A stretch of DNA of 64,000 nucleotides from Clostridia bacterium (GTDB lineage Bacteria > Bacillota > Clostridia > UMGS1883). Where the stretch lies: assembly GCA_017440585.1 (NCBI GenBank), contig JAFSGW010000028.1, forward strand, positions 1,429 to 65,428, given 5' to 3'. The notes beneath the pieces are model-generated. The model was not told where the DNA came from, ran no database searches, and was given only the letters and a program-made list of their open reading frames with translations. The translations under genes and the position numbers were made by a program. Below, in pieces: positions 54,793 through 64,000 of this stretch (its first letter is position 1; the number at the start of each line of letters is the position of its first letter).

Positions 54793-54810
54793 ATTTAATT
54801 CCTCCGTGTA

Positions 54811-56104
54811 TTATAAAAATTCTTTTGTTTTATATGCTAAATATAACGGCAGGTTTATAATCTGACCGTTTTCAAGATAATTCAGCTTTGAAAAACGTAA
54901 TGCATAGTGAGGCTTCTTTGTGGTGATATACTTTTTAAAGCTGGATGCAGTTACACTTTCGCCGCTTTTCACTTCAACAGGGATGATGTCAGTTCCATGT
55001 TGAATGATAAAATCAATTTCGCTGTTTTTGTCGGCAAAGTAACGTGGTTCAATGTTGAACTGTCCTTTGAGTTGCTGAAGAACAAAGTTTTCTGTCAATG
55101 GACCTTTGAACTGATAATCTGTCTTTAAGAGAATGGCGCTGTTGTCGATACCTGCCATATACTTTAACAGTCCTGTGTCAAAAACAAACAGCTTAAAAAA
55201 GTCCGTTTTGTCAAATGCAGACAGGGGATGTTCTGTTTTGGAGACATTGTAAACTCTGTTAAGCATGCCTGCAGACACAAGCCATTCTATAGCTTCTTCA
55301 AAGTCGCGTGCACGGGCACCCTCCCTTACGGCTCCATACATGAATTTTTCATTAGGTTTTGCAAGCTGAGATACAATACTGCGAAAAACCATTAATATGC
55401 GTCCGCTGTTAACCTTGCCGTTGTGCTTGGAAAAATCGTTTTCATATAGGGAAATCAATTCACGTTGTATAGTTGATATTCGCTGAGGGTCTTTGTATTT
55501 AATCCATGAAGCCACACATTCGGGCATTCCGCCTATTATAAGATAATTGTTGTATGCTTCAAGGAGTCTTGTGTGAAAAATGCTTTCAATTTGTTGAGAT
55601 TTTTTTATTGCAGAGCAATAAGCATAAAGTGAAGCATCTGTTGCACGGAGAAATTCATCAAAGGTTAAAGGATAAATATCAAGAAGATTAACCATCCCCA
55701 CGGGGTAGGATTTGGGTTGGGCAAGCAAAGTGCCTAAAAGGCTGCCTGCGGCAATAATATGATATTCGTTTGCCTTTTCGTGAAAGTATTTTAATGAATT
55801 TAATGCTGAGGCACACTCCTGTATTTCATCAAAAATAATCAGAGTTTCTCCGGGGATAATTTTAACATCGGATATAAGCGATAAGAGCTCAATGATGCGA
55901 TGAGGATTTTTATTTGATTCAAAGATGGATTTTAAATCATCATCCTCATCAAAGTTGAAGTATACAAAACTCTGATAATGATTTTGCCCGAAATCTTTCA
56001 TCAACCATGTTTTGCCTACCTGACGTGCACCTTTTAAAACAAGAGGCTTTCTTTCGGGGTCGGATTTCCATTCAATCAGCTTATTTAAGGCGTTTCTTTG
56101 CATA
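54811..56104 (-). CDS. AAA-family ATPase with C-terminal DUF4143 (restriction-endonuclease-like fold)
   Basis: RBS AGGAGG before the ATG at 56104; the track ORF starts at 56163. Walker A GARQVGKT, Walker B IIFDEIQ. C-terminal EIDFII...PVEVK PD-(D/E)xK-like motif. Confidence 0.75.
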
Positions 56105-56269
56105 ATATCCTCCTCCTTCTTATATGTCAAATTGATATTATCACATTTTTCCCGGATTTTCAACTGTGTTTTTGCACATTTTTCTGACTTTTTTAAATAA
56201 AAAGTTCACATTTTTCTAAAAATAAAGCAGACGGTATTTCCGTCTGCCTCAATTTTGCCTTAGCAGGTT

Positions 56270-56935
56270 TTAGCTATCATATATAGGGATACTTTTCACT
56301 CCGTGCTTGCTGCCTTTTAACTTGCAATAAAAATTGGCATGTATTGAGCTGAGGTAGGGTCGAACCCATATTGAAGCTATCCCCAAAGTAATAAAATTCA
56401 ACAAATGATAACCGATAAGTGAAAGGTCAAGCCTGAACAACTCCATTTTATGACCTGTCATCATTGCTCTGGAGCGACCAATAGCTTCACATGGGCGCAT
56501 CCCTTTGTTTTCAGCGAGAATGTATACTGCCATGGAATAGGAGTATGTTTTTACAATGCCGGGGATAATGAAAACCATAAACCAACAAACCATAAAAAAA
56601 CCGGATACAAAGTCGAGTTTAACTATACTCCACCAGTCCCTGAATCCTACGAAAAGGTCAGAAACTTTAGGGGCAATTCCTCTTGTAATATTAAGGTAAA
56701 TTATATTGTTGCTAAGACCTAATACCGGCAAAAACAAATATGAACCATAGGTAATGGACTTTTTTGCGGTATAATCAAAACCAAAAACGGTAGCGGGGTA
56801 TTCGGCGTATGTGATGCGCAAATATCGGTTGAGGAACGCCAGGACAAAATAAAGCAGGCTGATTAAAATGAGCGTTTTCATATAAGGTGCAATCTGCTTT
56901 TTTGCCTTGTACTTCAAATCATGAAATTCATTCAT
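56270..56935 (-). CDS. DUF975 family membrane protein
   Basis: 221 aa, 4-5 TM. A terminator hairpin GAGGCAGACGG-AAAT-ACCGTCTGC lies just downstream. Confidence 0.5.
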   Translation of the reverse strand: MNEFHDLKYKAKKQIAPYMKTLILISLLYFVLAFLNRYLRITYAEYPATVFGFDYTAKKSITYGSYLFLPVLGLSNNIIYLNITRGIAPKVSDLFVGFRDWWSIVKLDFVSGFFMVCWFMVFIIPGIVKTYSYSMAVYILAENKGMRPCEAIGRSRAMMTGHKMELFRLDLSLIGYHLLNFITLGIASIWVRPYLSSIHANFYCKLKGSKHGVKSIPIYDS

Positions 56936-56947
56936 GCCTTCACCTCA

Positions 56948-58153
56948 TTAAAGAGACTTTTCAAGATTGTTTCTTATTGCCTTCAAGAAATCAGCAGAGT
57001 TGACAGAGGTTGTTTCGCCTTCTGCAAGAAGGGCTAAGTCCTTTGTAACTATGCCGCTTTCAATTGTGTCGATACAAGCCTTCTCGAGCTTATCGGCAAA
57101 ATTAACAAGGTCGGGAGTATTATCAAGCTCGCCACGCTTACGGAGAGCACCTGTCCATGCAAAAATTGTTGCAATGGGGTTTGTAGAGGTTTCTTCGCCC
57201 TTAAGGTAGCGGTAGTAGTGACGTGTTACTGTGCCGTGAGCCGCTTCATATTCAAAGTTGCCGTCGGGAGAAACAAGCACACTTGTCATCATTGCAAGTG
57301 AACCAAAGGCTGTGGAAACCATGTCGCTCATAACGTCGCCGTCGTAGTTTTTACAAGCCCAGATAAAGCCACCCTCACTACGGATAACACGTGCAACAGC
57401 ATCGTCGATAAGTGTGTAGAAGTATTCAATGCCTGCTTCCTTAAACCTTTCGGCATATTCCTTGTCGAAAATGTCCTGGAAAATAAGCTTAAAGGTCTGG
57501 TCGTACTTTTTGCTGATTGTGTCCTTTGTACTAAACCACAGATCCTGCTTTGTACTAAGAGCATATTCAAAACAACTCTTTGCAAAGGAGATAATGGAGG
57601 AGTCCTTATTATAAAGACCCTGGAGCACACCGGGGCACTCAAAGTCATAAATTGTTTCACGGAAGATTTCGCCTTCATTTGTTGTGAAAACGAGCTCTGC
57701 CTTGCCCTCACTCGGAACACGGTATTCAGTGCCCTTGTAAACATCACCGTAGGCATGACGGGCAATAGTGATGGGCGCCTTCCAGTTCTTTACTGCGGGA
57801 GAAACGTTCTTCACAAGGATGGGAGCACGGAAAACGGTACCGTCTAAAATTGCACGGATTGTACCGTTGGGGCTCTTCCACATTTCATGAAGCTTGTATT
57901 CCTCAACACGCTGTGCATTGGGTGTGATTGTGGCACACTTTACACCAACGTGGTGCTTTTTGATTGCTTCGCCTGCCTCAAAGGTAACCTTGTCGCCTGT
58001 TTCGTCACGGTGGGGAAGACCTAAGTCATAATATTCACAGTTTAATTCAACAAAGGGTGTGAGAAGCTCGTCCTTTATCATTTTCCAGAGAATTCTGGTC
58101 ATTTCATCGCCGTCCATTTCGACGATAGGGTTTTTCATAATAATTTTATCCAT
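56948..58153 (-). CDS. icd: NADP-dependent isocitrate dehydrogenase (eukaryotic-like IDH1/2 subtype)
   Basis: About 400 aa. N-terminus [21 protein letters not shown] and conserved substrate motifs. The track ORF starts 3 codons earlier. Confidence 0.85.
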   Translation of the reverse strand: MDKIIMKNPIVEMDGDEMTRILWKMIKDELLTPFVELNCEYYDLGLPHRDETGDKVTFEAGEAIKKHHVGVKCATITPNAQRVEEYKLHEMWKSPNGTIRAILDGTVFRAPILVKNVSPAVKNWKAPITIARHAYGDVYKGTEYRVPSEGKAELVFTTNEGEIFRETIYDFECPGVLQGLYNKDSSIISFAKSCFEYALSTKQDLWFSTKDTISKKYDQTFKLIFQDIFDKEYAERFKEAGIEYFYTLIDDAVARVIRSEGGFIWACKNYDGDVMSDMVSTAFGSLAMMTSVLVSPDGNFEYEAAHGTVTRHYYRYLKGEETSTNPIATIFAWTGALRKRGELDNTPDLVNFADKLEKACIDTIESGIVTKDLALLAEGETTSVNSADFLKAIRNNLEKSL

Positions 58154-58174
58154 TTTAAGCATCCTTTCTTAAAA

Positions 58175-58268
58175 TTAGTAATGAGCAATGAGAAATGAGA
58201 AATTATGGAAAGAATTTTGCAAGGCAAAATTTCACCTTAATTGCTAATTACTAATTACTAATTACTAA
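58175..58268. repeat. heptamer arrays TTAGTAA TGAGCAA TGAGAAA TGAGAAA and inverted TTGCTAA TTACTAA x3 around a central hairpin, forming a roughly 95-bp imperfect palindrome between acn and icd
   Basis: Left array at 58175-58209. Central hairpin AATTTTGC-AAG-GCAAAATT. Right array at 58241-58268 is the reverse complement of the same heptamer family seen at 32390-32424. Confidence 0.5.
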
Positions 58269-60512
58269 TTACATTTTAGCGGCGTAGTAGTTCATGAGAC
58301 AGCCCTTGAGGATGATGTCCTTTTCGTCTTCTGTAAGGCCCTTAACGTAGAGGGTGATGTCCTTTACACTGTCCTTTGTGATTACCTTTGCAGGGAATAC
58401 TTCCTCACCCTTTAAGATTTTTTCACGTATATCGGGTACGAAAACATAGTCATTAACATCATAGTTAAATTCTTCATCTGTTGTGAAAGGAAGAATGCCC
58501 CAGTTGATACAGTTACTTCTGTAACGCTTTGTGGCAAATTCCTTACAGATGTTTGCAAAGCCACCCAATACCTTCTGACAGGATGCAGCCTGTTCACGGG
58601 CAGAACCGTCACCGGGCTTTGTGGCATAGATTGCAGAGCCGAACTGTGTGTTCTTTACAGCTTCCTCGGCATTGTCTGTAACACGGGAGAGAACTGTAAG
58701 GAGCTCTTCGGGGTTGTTGCCATTGAGGCGTTCCTTTTCTGTAGCTGCCACAGCCTTGGAGCGGTTAACGTATTCGGGCTCACGGCGCGAAAGGGCAAAT
58801 TCAGCCAGGCGGAGGGGGTTACTGCGGTAGCTGGAGGTTTCACCCGAGGGGATGAGCTCGTCTGTTGTTGTAACCTCGTCGTGTAATACTGCTGCCATTT
58901 TAACAAGTAAGTTATCTGTTAATGCGTTCATTTTAGGCCAGTCGGTAATGTTGGGACCGAGCTTTAATTCGCTATCCGGGTCTGCCTTGCCGAAGCCCTG
59001 ATATACTCTCTTTTCGTAAACGCCATTATCGAAGGTGTACTCTGCGGGAGTATAATTATATTCAATATCACTTGCTGCTGTAAGGATGCCACCCATACGT
59101 GCTGTTGCTGCGATGGAACGGGAGTCCATAAGTGCTACGCCGCTAAGCTGTCCTTCACCGGGCTTACTGCCTTCACGGTTGGGGAAGTTACGTGTTGTGT
59201 GACGGATGGAGAAGCCGTTGTTGCTGGGTACATCACCTGCACCGAAGCAGGGACCGCAGAAGCAGGGCTTGAAGAGTGCACCCGCCTCAAGAAGGGTTGC
59301 CTGAGCACCGTTTTTAATGAGTGCAAGGTTAACGGGCACAGAGGAGGGGTATACGGAAAGTGAGAAGTAGCCGTTGCCCACACTTGCTCCGTCCAAAATT
59401 GCAGCGGCTTCCATGATGTTATCAAACATACCGCCACTGCAACCTGCGATAACGCCCTGGTCAACCATGAATTTGCCGTTCACTAATTTTTCGGTTAAAT
59501 GAAGCTGTGCCTTTTTGCCGAACTGTTCCTCGGCACGTAATTCAACACCGCGGAGAATATCGGCAACATTTTCATTGAATTCATGAATTGAATATGCCTC
59601 AGAAGGGTGGAAGGGGAGAGCAATCATACATTCAATTTCACTAAGGTCGATTACAACTGCTCTGTCGTAATAAGCCACGCTTCCGGGAGACAGTTTCTTA
59701 TAATCATTCTTCCTGCCGTGGTTTTCGTAGAAGGCTTCAACCTTCTCGTCTGTTTCCCAGATAGAGGAAAGGCAGGTTGTTTCTGTTGTCATAACGTCGA
59801 TGCCGATACGGAAGTCCATAGAAAGGTTAGCTATACCGTCACCGCAGAATTCTAAAACACTGTTCTTTACGAAGCCGTTTTTGAAGGTCTGTTTAACCAA
59901 TTCCAGTGCTACGTCGTGAGGACCAACGCCCTTTTTGGGTGTGCCTGTGAGGTATACAAGAACAACGTCGGGAGAAGGAACATCATAAGTGTTATTAAGA
60001 AGCTGCTTTACAAGCTCGGGACCGCCTTCACCTATTGCCATTGTGCCCAATGCACCGTAGCGTGTGTGTGAGTCGGAACCAAGAATCATACCGCCTGATT
60101 TTGCCATCATTTCCCTTGCATACTGATGGATAACTGCCTGATTTGCAGGAACGTATATACCACCGTACTTTTTAGCTGCACTAAGACCGAAAACGTGGTC
60201 ATCCTCATTGATGGTACCGCCTACTGCACAAAGGGAGTTGTGGCAGTTTGTGAGGGCATAGGGCACGGGAAACTTTTTAAGACCGCTTCCCCGTGCTGTC
60301 TGGATAATGCCTACATAGGTAATATCGTGAGAAATAAGTGAGTCGAACTTAATGTTCATTTTTTCCTTATTGTTTGTTACAGAATGAGCGCGCATTATCT
60401 GATACGCCATGGTGTTTTCCTTCGCATCAAGAGGAGAGGGAAGGTTTTCGGGATTTGTGATTATTTCACGCCCGTCTTTCAGATAAACGCCGTTGTTGAT
60501 AAGCTTTGTCAT
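58269..60512 (-). CDS. acn: aconitate hydratase
   Basis: 747 aa. Aconitase family domains. Cys ligand contexts. RBS GGAGG lies 8 nt upstream. Confidence 0.9.
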   Translation of the reverse strand: MTKLINNGVYLKDGREIITNPENLPSPLDAKENTMAYQIMRAHSVTNNKEKMNIKFDSLISHDITYVGIIQTARGSGLKKFPVPYALTNCHNSLCAVGGTINEDDHVFGLSAAKKYGGIYVPANQAVIHQYAREMMAKSGGMILGSDSHTRYGALGTMAIGEGGPELVKQLLNNTYDVPSPDVVLVYLTGTPKKGVGPHDVALELVKQTFKNGFVKNSVLEFCGDGIANLSMDFRIGIDVMTTETTCLSSIWETDEKVEAFYENHGRKNDYKKLSPGSVAYYDRAVVIDLSEIECMIALPFHPSEAYSIHEFNENVADILRGVELRAEEQFGKKAQLHLTEKLVNGKFMVDQGVIAGCSGGMFDNIMEAAAILDGASVGNGYFSLSVYPSSVPVNLALIKNGAQATLLEAGALFKPCFCGPCFGAGDVPSNNGFSIRHTTRNFPNREGSKPGEGQLSGVALMDSRSIAATARMGGILTAASDIEYNYTPAEYTFDNGVYEKRVYQGFGKADPDSELKLGPNITDWPKMNALTDNLLVKMAAVLHDEVTTTDELIPSGETSSYRSNPLRLAEFALSRREPEYVNRSKAVAATEKERLNGNNPEELLTVLSRVTDNAEEAVKNTQFGSAIYATKPGDGSAREQAASCQKVLGGFANICKEFATKRYRSNCINWGILPFTTDEEFNYDVNDYVFVPDIREKILKGEEVFPAKVITKDSVKDITLYVKGLTEDEKDIILKGCLMNYYAAKM

Positions 60513-60537
60513 GTGAATGACCTCCTAAATAAAATGC

Positions 60538-60566
60538 TTGTTAAATTGAAAAATGTATTGTATAAT
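60538..60566 (+). promoter_or_regulatory. sigma-A promoter (TTGTTA-17-TATAAT)
   Basis: TTGTTAAATTGAAAAATGTATTGTATAAT, upstream of the small Cys-protein gene. Confidence 0.45.
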
Positions 60567-60598
60567 ATTGATATAGACTTTTTAAAAGGATGAATCGG

Positions 60599-60811
60599 AT
60601 GAAAAAGGTTAGTGAAAATGCCAGCTGCAGTATGTGCATCTTCCGCGGTCAGATGGAGGGTGAATACTTCAACTGCTCCAAGAAGGGGAAGGTAAAGCCA
60701 TACGGCGTGTGCAAAAAGTACACCTTTGACCCTTTTTCAAAAAGACCTCAGAGGCAAAGACGGTTTGACACATCAATGTTTGACCCGTTGGATTTTGACA
60801 TTAATCCGTAA
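60599..60811 (+). CDS. small Cys4 protein (about 70 aa), function unknown
   Basis: MKKVSENASCSMC...NCSKKGKVKPYGVCKKY. C-x2-C ... C ... C pattern. RBS AAAGGA lies 8 nt upstream. The 3-prime end overlaps the convergent birA stop by 11 nt. Confidence 0.4.
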   Translation: MKKVSENASCSMCIFRGQMEGEYFNCSKKGKVKPYGVCKKYTFDPFSKRPQRQRRFDTSMFDPLDFDINP

Positions 60812-61550
60812 AACGGAGGGTTATTTCACCTGTTGATAAGGTGACGATGCCGTTTGGGGTTTCGACCTTAAGGGCACCCTCGTTGGTTATATCGGTTGCA
60901 ATGCCCGAACCGGCTGTCCCGTTCATGATAAATGTAACGGGCTTGCCTATTACTATGGAATGAGCCTTGTAGTATTCCATAAAGGAAGTGTCGGGAAGAG
61001 AATTTGTCATTGAAATAATGCTTTTTGCAATATGGGCAATGAGATCGCCTCTTGACACGGAAGCGGCTGTATCGGTAAGGCATGTGGCAATGCTTTCAAG
61101 CTCTTCCGGGAAGGCTGAGGGATAAACATTTATACCGATGCCGATTATAACATGGGAAGGGTCGGGTGATTCGCAAAGGATGCCTGAAACCTTCTTATTA
61201 TCAAGATAAATGTCGTTAACCCATTTGATGCCACAGGTTTTATTATAAAGCTCTTTTACAGCTTTGTGAACTGCGACCGAGGCAAGTGTTGTTATAAAGG
61301 GAACATTTTGGTACAAATCGGGAACCTGAAGCTTTATTGAAAAATAAGCACCGCTTCCTTCGGGAGAGAAAAAGCTTCTGCCCATTCTGCCTCTGCCTGC
61401 ACTCTGACTTTCGGCTATAACCAAAGCACAATCATCAGCGAGAGCTCTGGCAAAGGTGTTGGTGGAATCAAGCTCTTTAAATACATAAATGGGAAAGCTT
61501 TCATTATTAAGAAGCTGTTTTATTCCCTCAAGGGTAATAATATCTGTCAT
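60801..61550 (-). CDS. birA: biotin--[acetyl-CoA-carboxylase] ligase (group I BirA, no DNA-binding domain)
   Basis: 249 aa. GRGRMGRSF biotin-binding loop. Confidence 0.8.
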   Translation of the reverse strand: MTDIITLEGIKQLLNNESFPIYVFKELDSTNTFARALADDCALVIAESQSAGRGRMGRSFFSPEGSGAYFSIKLQVPDLYQNVPFITTLASVAVHKAVKELYNKTCGIKWVNDIYLDNKKVSGILCESPDPSHVIIGIGINVYPSAFPEELESIATCLTDTAASVSRGDLIAHIAKSIISMTNSLPDTSFMEYYKAHSIVIGKPVTFIMNGTAGSGIATDITNEGALKVETPNGIVTLSTGEITLRFTD

Positions 61551-61661
61551 TTTTATTCCGCCTATTGCAATTTTCCAATAATTATAGCATAATAATAAGT
61601 GTTTGTAAATTAAAAATATAATTTAATTATATAAAATTTTTTTAAGAAGGGAGCTAAACTT

Positions 61662-64000
61662 ATGAAAAAAGTTTTAGCAATGGTGCTGACTATCTGTATG
61701 GTTATGGCATTTGTGCCCGCAATCAGCTTTGCGGCAGATACCACAATTGATGCAGTAAGAACAGCATACTTTAATTCAAGCGGCAGTGAATGGAAAGCTA
61801 CTGACGGCGACAACGTGCTTGTTTCTGCAGGTGCAAGCGGCTGGACAGGTGCAACAAGCTTTACTGACACTGACGGTACAGTAACAACACAGGCAAGTCT
61901 TAGCGGTACAGGCTTTGGCAGTGCAAGAAATGCAGTTATTGCATTTGCTATTCCTGATGACTTTGACCCCGACAACACAGCGAAGGTTACTCTTTCCATG
62001 AAGATCAAGAACGTTAAGCAGACAACAGCAGGCGTTCGTCTTTCTGTTTACGGTAACAGTGTTGACGGTACCTGGTCCACATCAAGTGATAAGTCTATCT
62101 TTGGTGTAAGTGGCTCCGACTCCGGTCTTGCAAGCCTGCCTCTTTTAGGCTTGATGGATGCACTTAATACAGGTAACCAGACAGGTGAAAGTGCTTCTGA
62201 TGAGACTGTTACACTCTCAAGCCAGAAGCTTACAGAGTACGTTTGCGCTATGGCAAAGGAAGGCAAGAGCGAAGTAACCTTCCGTATTGCATGTACTCTT
62301 GGCGGTATCAGAATTTATGATACAAACACATCTACACCTCCCACGCTTACAATTGAAGAGGGTAAGGTAACAACAGTTAAGATCAAGACTGTTTACATGA
62401 ACGGTGAGGAATTGGTTTCCTCCTCTGAAACAGAGGTTACAAACATTATTGCAGGTTCTACATATGAATACACAGGTAATCCTGCATACAGTGCAACTAT
62501 CGGCGATGCTATCTATACATACTCGAAGGAAGACTCTACTCTTTCTACAGTAGCAAAGGAAGACGGCAGCGGTGAAATCGTGCTTGTATATAATAAGTAC
62601 GATGAAACACAGACCTTCTCCGGCTATGAGGTTGACGATGAGGGTGCATGGTGCTGGTTTGCAGACCCCAGAAGTATTTCCTATGCTAATGAGGAAGGCA
62701 CACTTGACTTCTCCATTATGGGTTATATCGACATTCACGGTAACATCAAGGCTACACAGATTGACCACTTAACAGATGAGGTTAACGAGGTTTTAATCAG
62801 AACAAACATTCAGCCTGATGACCACAACAACCCCACATTCCTCGTTCTTCCCGACGAAAGAATTATTGTATTCTATTCCCGTCATACTGACGAGGCGTGC
62901 TTCTGGTACAGAGTTACAAAGGAAAAGGGCGACCTTACAACACTCGGCGAGGAGATGTGCCTTAATACAAGTGCAAACACAACATATCCTTCACCTTTCC
63001 TTATGGAAAATGACCCCGAGCACATTTACTTAATGTGGAGAGGTATTAACTGGCATCCCACAATTGCTAAATTAGCTATTCCCGATGAAGCGGGTAAGAC
63101 AGAATTTGTATACGGTCCTTATCAGATGGTTCAGTCCACAGGTGCAAGACCCTATGCAAAGTATGCTTCTAACGGTGTTGACAAGCTGTATGTAACATAT
63201 ACAACAGGTCACCCCGACAATGAACAGCCCAACTGGGTATACTTCAACCAGATTGATATTGAAACAATGACACTTGAAGATATCCACGGCAACACAATGA
63301 GTACTATTGCAAACGGCGTGCTCAATGTTAACAAGACAAACACAAGCCAGACACATATCGTTGATACTGCACCCGGCAACATGCGTGACTGGGTATGGCA
63401 GACAGCTGTTGGCGAGGACGGTCTTCCCGTTATCGCAATGGTAAGAATCAATGGCGGTAAGACAAGCCACGATTACTACTATGTAAAGTGGAACGGAGAT
63501 GAATGGGTAGCTACATTCCTTTCTAACGGCGGCGGTCACTTCCACCAGACAGCAGGCTTGGAGCTTTGCTACAGTGGCGGTATGGCAATTGACCCCGACA
63601 ACACAAACGTAATGTACTGCTCCGAACCCGTTGAAGGTGTATTCGGCAAGGTATATGAAATTGTTAAGTACACAATGAACGACGAGGGTACAGAGGTTCT
63701 TTCCCGTGAACAGATTACAAAGAACTCTTTAAAGAATAATGTTCGTCCTTATGTTATTCCCAACAGCGAAGGTAAGGATATCCGCCTTACATGGATGAAC
63801 GGTGAATACTATGACTGGATCGTAAGTAATTCCCGTCCTCTTGGCTACTGCACAAGAGTTATGGCAGAAGCTCCCGTGCCCACAAAGGCAGTTGACCTTA
63901 CAGGTGCTGTGGCAACAGAGGATTATGAGGACATTGACGGTGCATTCCGTGCAACAGCAGAGACAGCAAACGTTGTTGAAGCGGAAATCGATGGTGACTT
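61662..64000 (+). CDS. large secreted protein, N-terminal part (runs off the window end); beta-propeller/BNR-like region
   Basis: RBS AAGAAGGGAG. Signal peptide MKKVLAMVLTICMVMAFVPAISFAAD. The frame is open through position 64000, so it is absent from the track. Minus-strand track ORFs in 61610-63545 are antisense artefacts. Confidence 0.6.
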   Translation, partial: MKKVLAMVLTICMVMAFVPAISFAADTTIDAVRTAYFNSSGSEWKATDGDNVLVSAGASGWTGATSFTDTDGTVTTQASLSGTGFGSARNAVIAFAIPDDFDPDNTAKVTLSMKIKNVKQTTAGVRLSVYGNSVDGTWSTSSDKSIFGVSGSDSGLASLPLLGLMDALNTGNQTGESASDETVTLSSQKLTEYVCAMAKEGKSEVTFRIACTLGGIRIYDTNTSTPPTLTIEEGKVTTVKIKTVYMNGEELVSSSETEVTNIIAGSTYEYTGNPAYSATIGDAIYTYSKEDSTLSTVAKEDGSGEIVLVYNKYDETQTFSGYEVDDEGAWCWFADPRSISYANEEGTLDFSIMGYIDIHGNIKATQIDHLTDEVNEVLIRTNIQPDDHNNPTFLVLPDERIIVFYSRHTDEACFWYRVTKEKGDLTTLGEEMCLNTSANTTYPSPFLMENDPEHIYLMWRGINWHPTIAKLAIPDEAGKTEFVYGPYQMVQSTGARPYAKYASNGVDKLYVTYTTGHPDNEQPNWVYFNQIDIETMTLEDIHGNTMSTIANGVLNVNKTNTSQTHIVDTAPGNMRDWVWQTAVGEDGLPVIAMVRINGGKTSHDYYYVKWNGDEWVATFLSNGGGHFHQTAGLELCYSGGMAIDPDNTNVMYCSEPVEGVFGKVYEIVKYTMNDEGTEVLSREQITKNSLKNNVRPYVIPNSEGKDIRLTWMNGEYYDWIVSNSRPLGYCTRVMAEAPVPTKAVDLTGAVATEDYEDIDGAFRATAETANVVEAEIDGD

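Noticed and set aside
1-64000. Searched for CRISPR arrays, tRNA/rRNA genes, transposase, integrase or phage genes.
   Set aside because: No repeat-spacer arrays, no cloverleaf candidates in the intergenic gaps, and no ORF with transposase/integrase/recombinase signatures. The only insertion-like feature is the hairpin-bounded XRE cassette.

Overview
This is a 64 kb chromosomal segment from a Gram-positive anaerobe. Gene content and promoter/RBS style point to Firmicutes, class Clostridia. Coding density is high, and consensus sigma-A promoters and palindromic rho-independent terminators sit in most gaps. I found no rRNA, tRNA, CRISPR array or obvious mobile element. In order, the window carries: a truncated giant surface protein; DJ-1/PfpI, 5-formyl-THF cyclo-ligase and the tRNA ho5U/mo5U pair (O-methyltransferase plus U32 peptidase); an AI-2E transporter, a D,D-carboxypeptidase, DegV and a DUF1836 protein; a THF riboswitch controlling a folT-type folate ECF S-component; a heterodimeric ABC exporter; an FHA, RodA/FtsW and PBP2 module; a giant secreted GH2-like protein; a subtilase neighbourhood with several tiny genes; one long translationally coupled operon (ACT, hom, lysC, a P-type-ATPase-like protein with degenerate catalytic motifs, rlmB, ACT/UPF0237, UPF0210); two AraC-linked glycan-utilisation regions (GH43, NagZ, xylulokinase, AzlCD, and two secreted proteins of more than 1000 aa with F5/8 type C and parallel beta-helix domains); uppP, two EamA transporters, an aldo-keto reductase fused to a ferredoxin domain, a Na/Pi cotransporter; a two-gene cassette (Cys-rich mini-protein plus XRE regulator) bounded by a duplicated 41-bp hairpin; msrA, a DUF4143 AAA ATPase, NADP-isocitrate dehydrogenase, aconitase, birA; and the start of another giant secreted protein. 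The most unusual items are the motif-degenerate P-type ATPase paralog inside the hom-lysC operon, the terminator-bounded XRE/Zn-ribbon cassette, a heptamer-repeat element found at two loci, a structured intergenic element with duplicated terminators, and a tiny consensus-promoter lipopeptide gene. Coordinates of non-CDS features were derived by hand and may be off by 1-2 nt.
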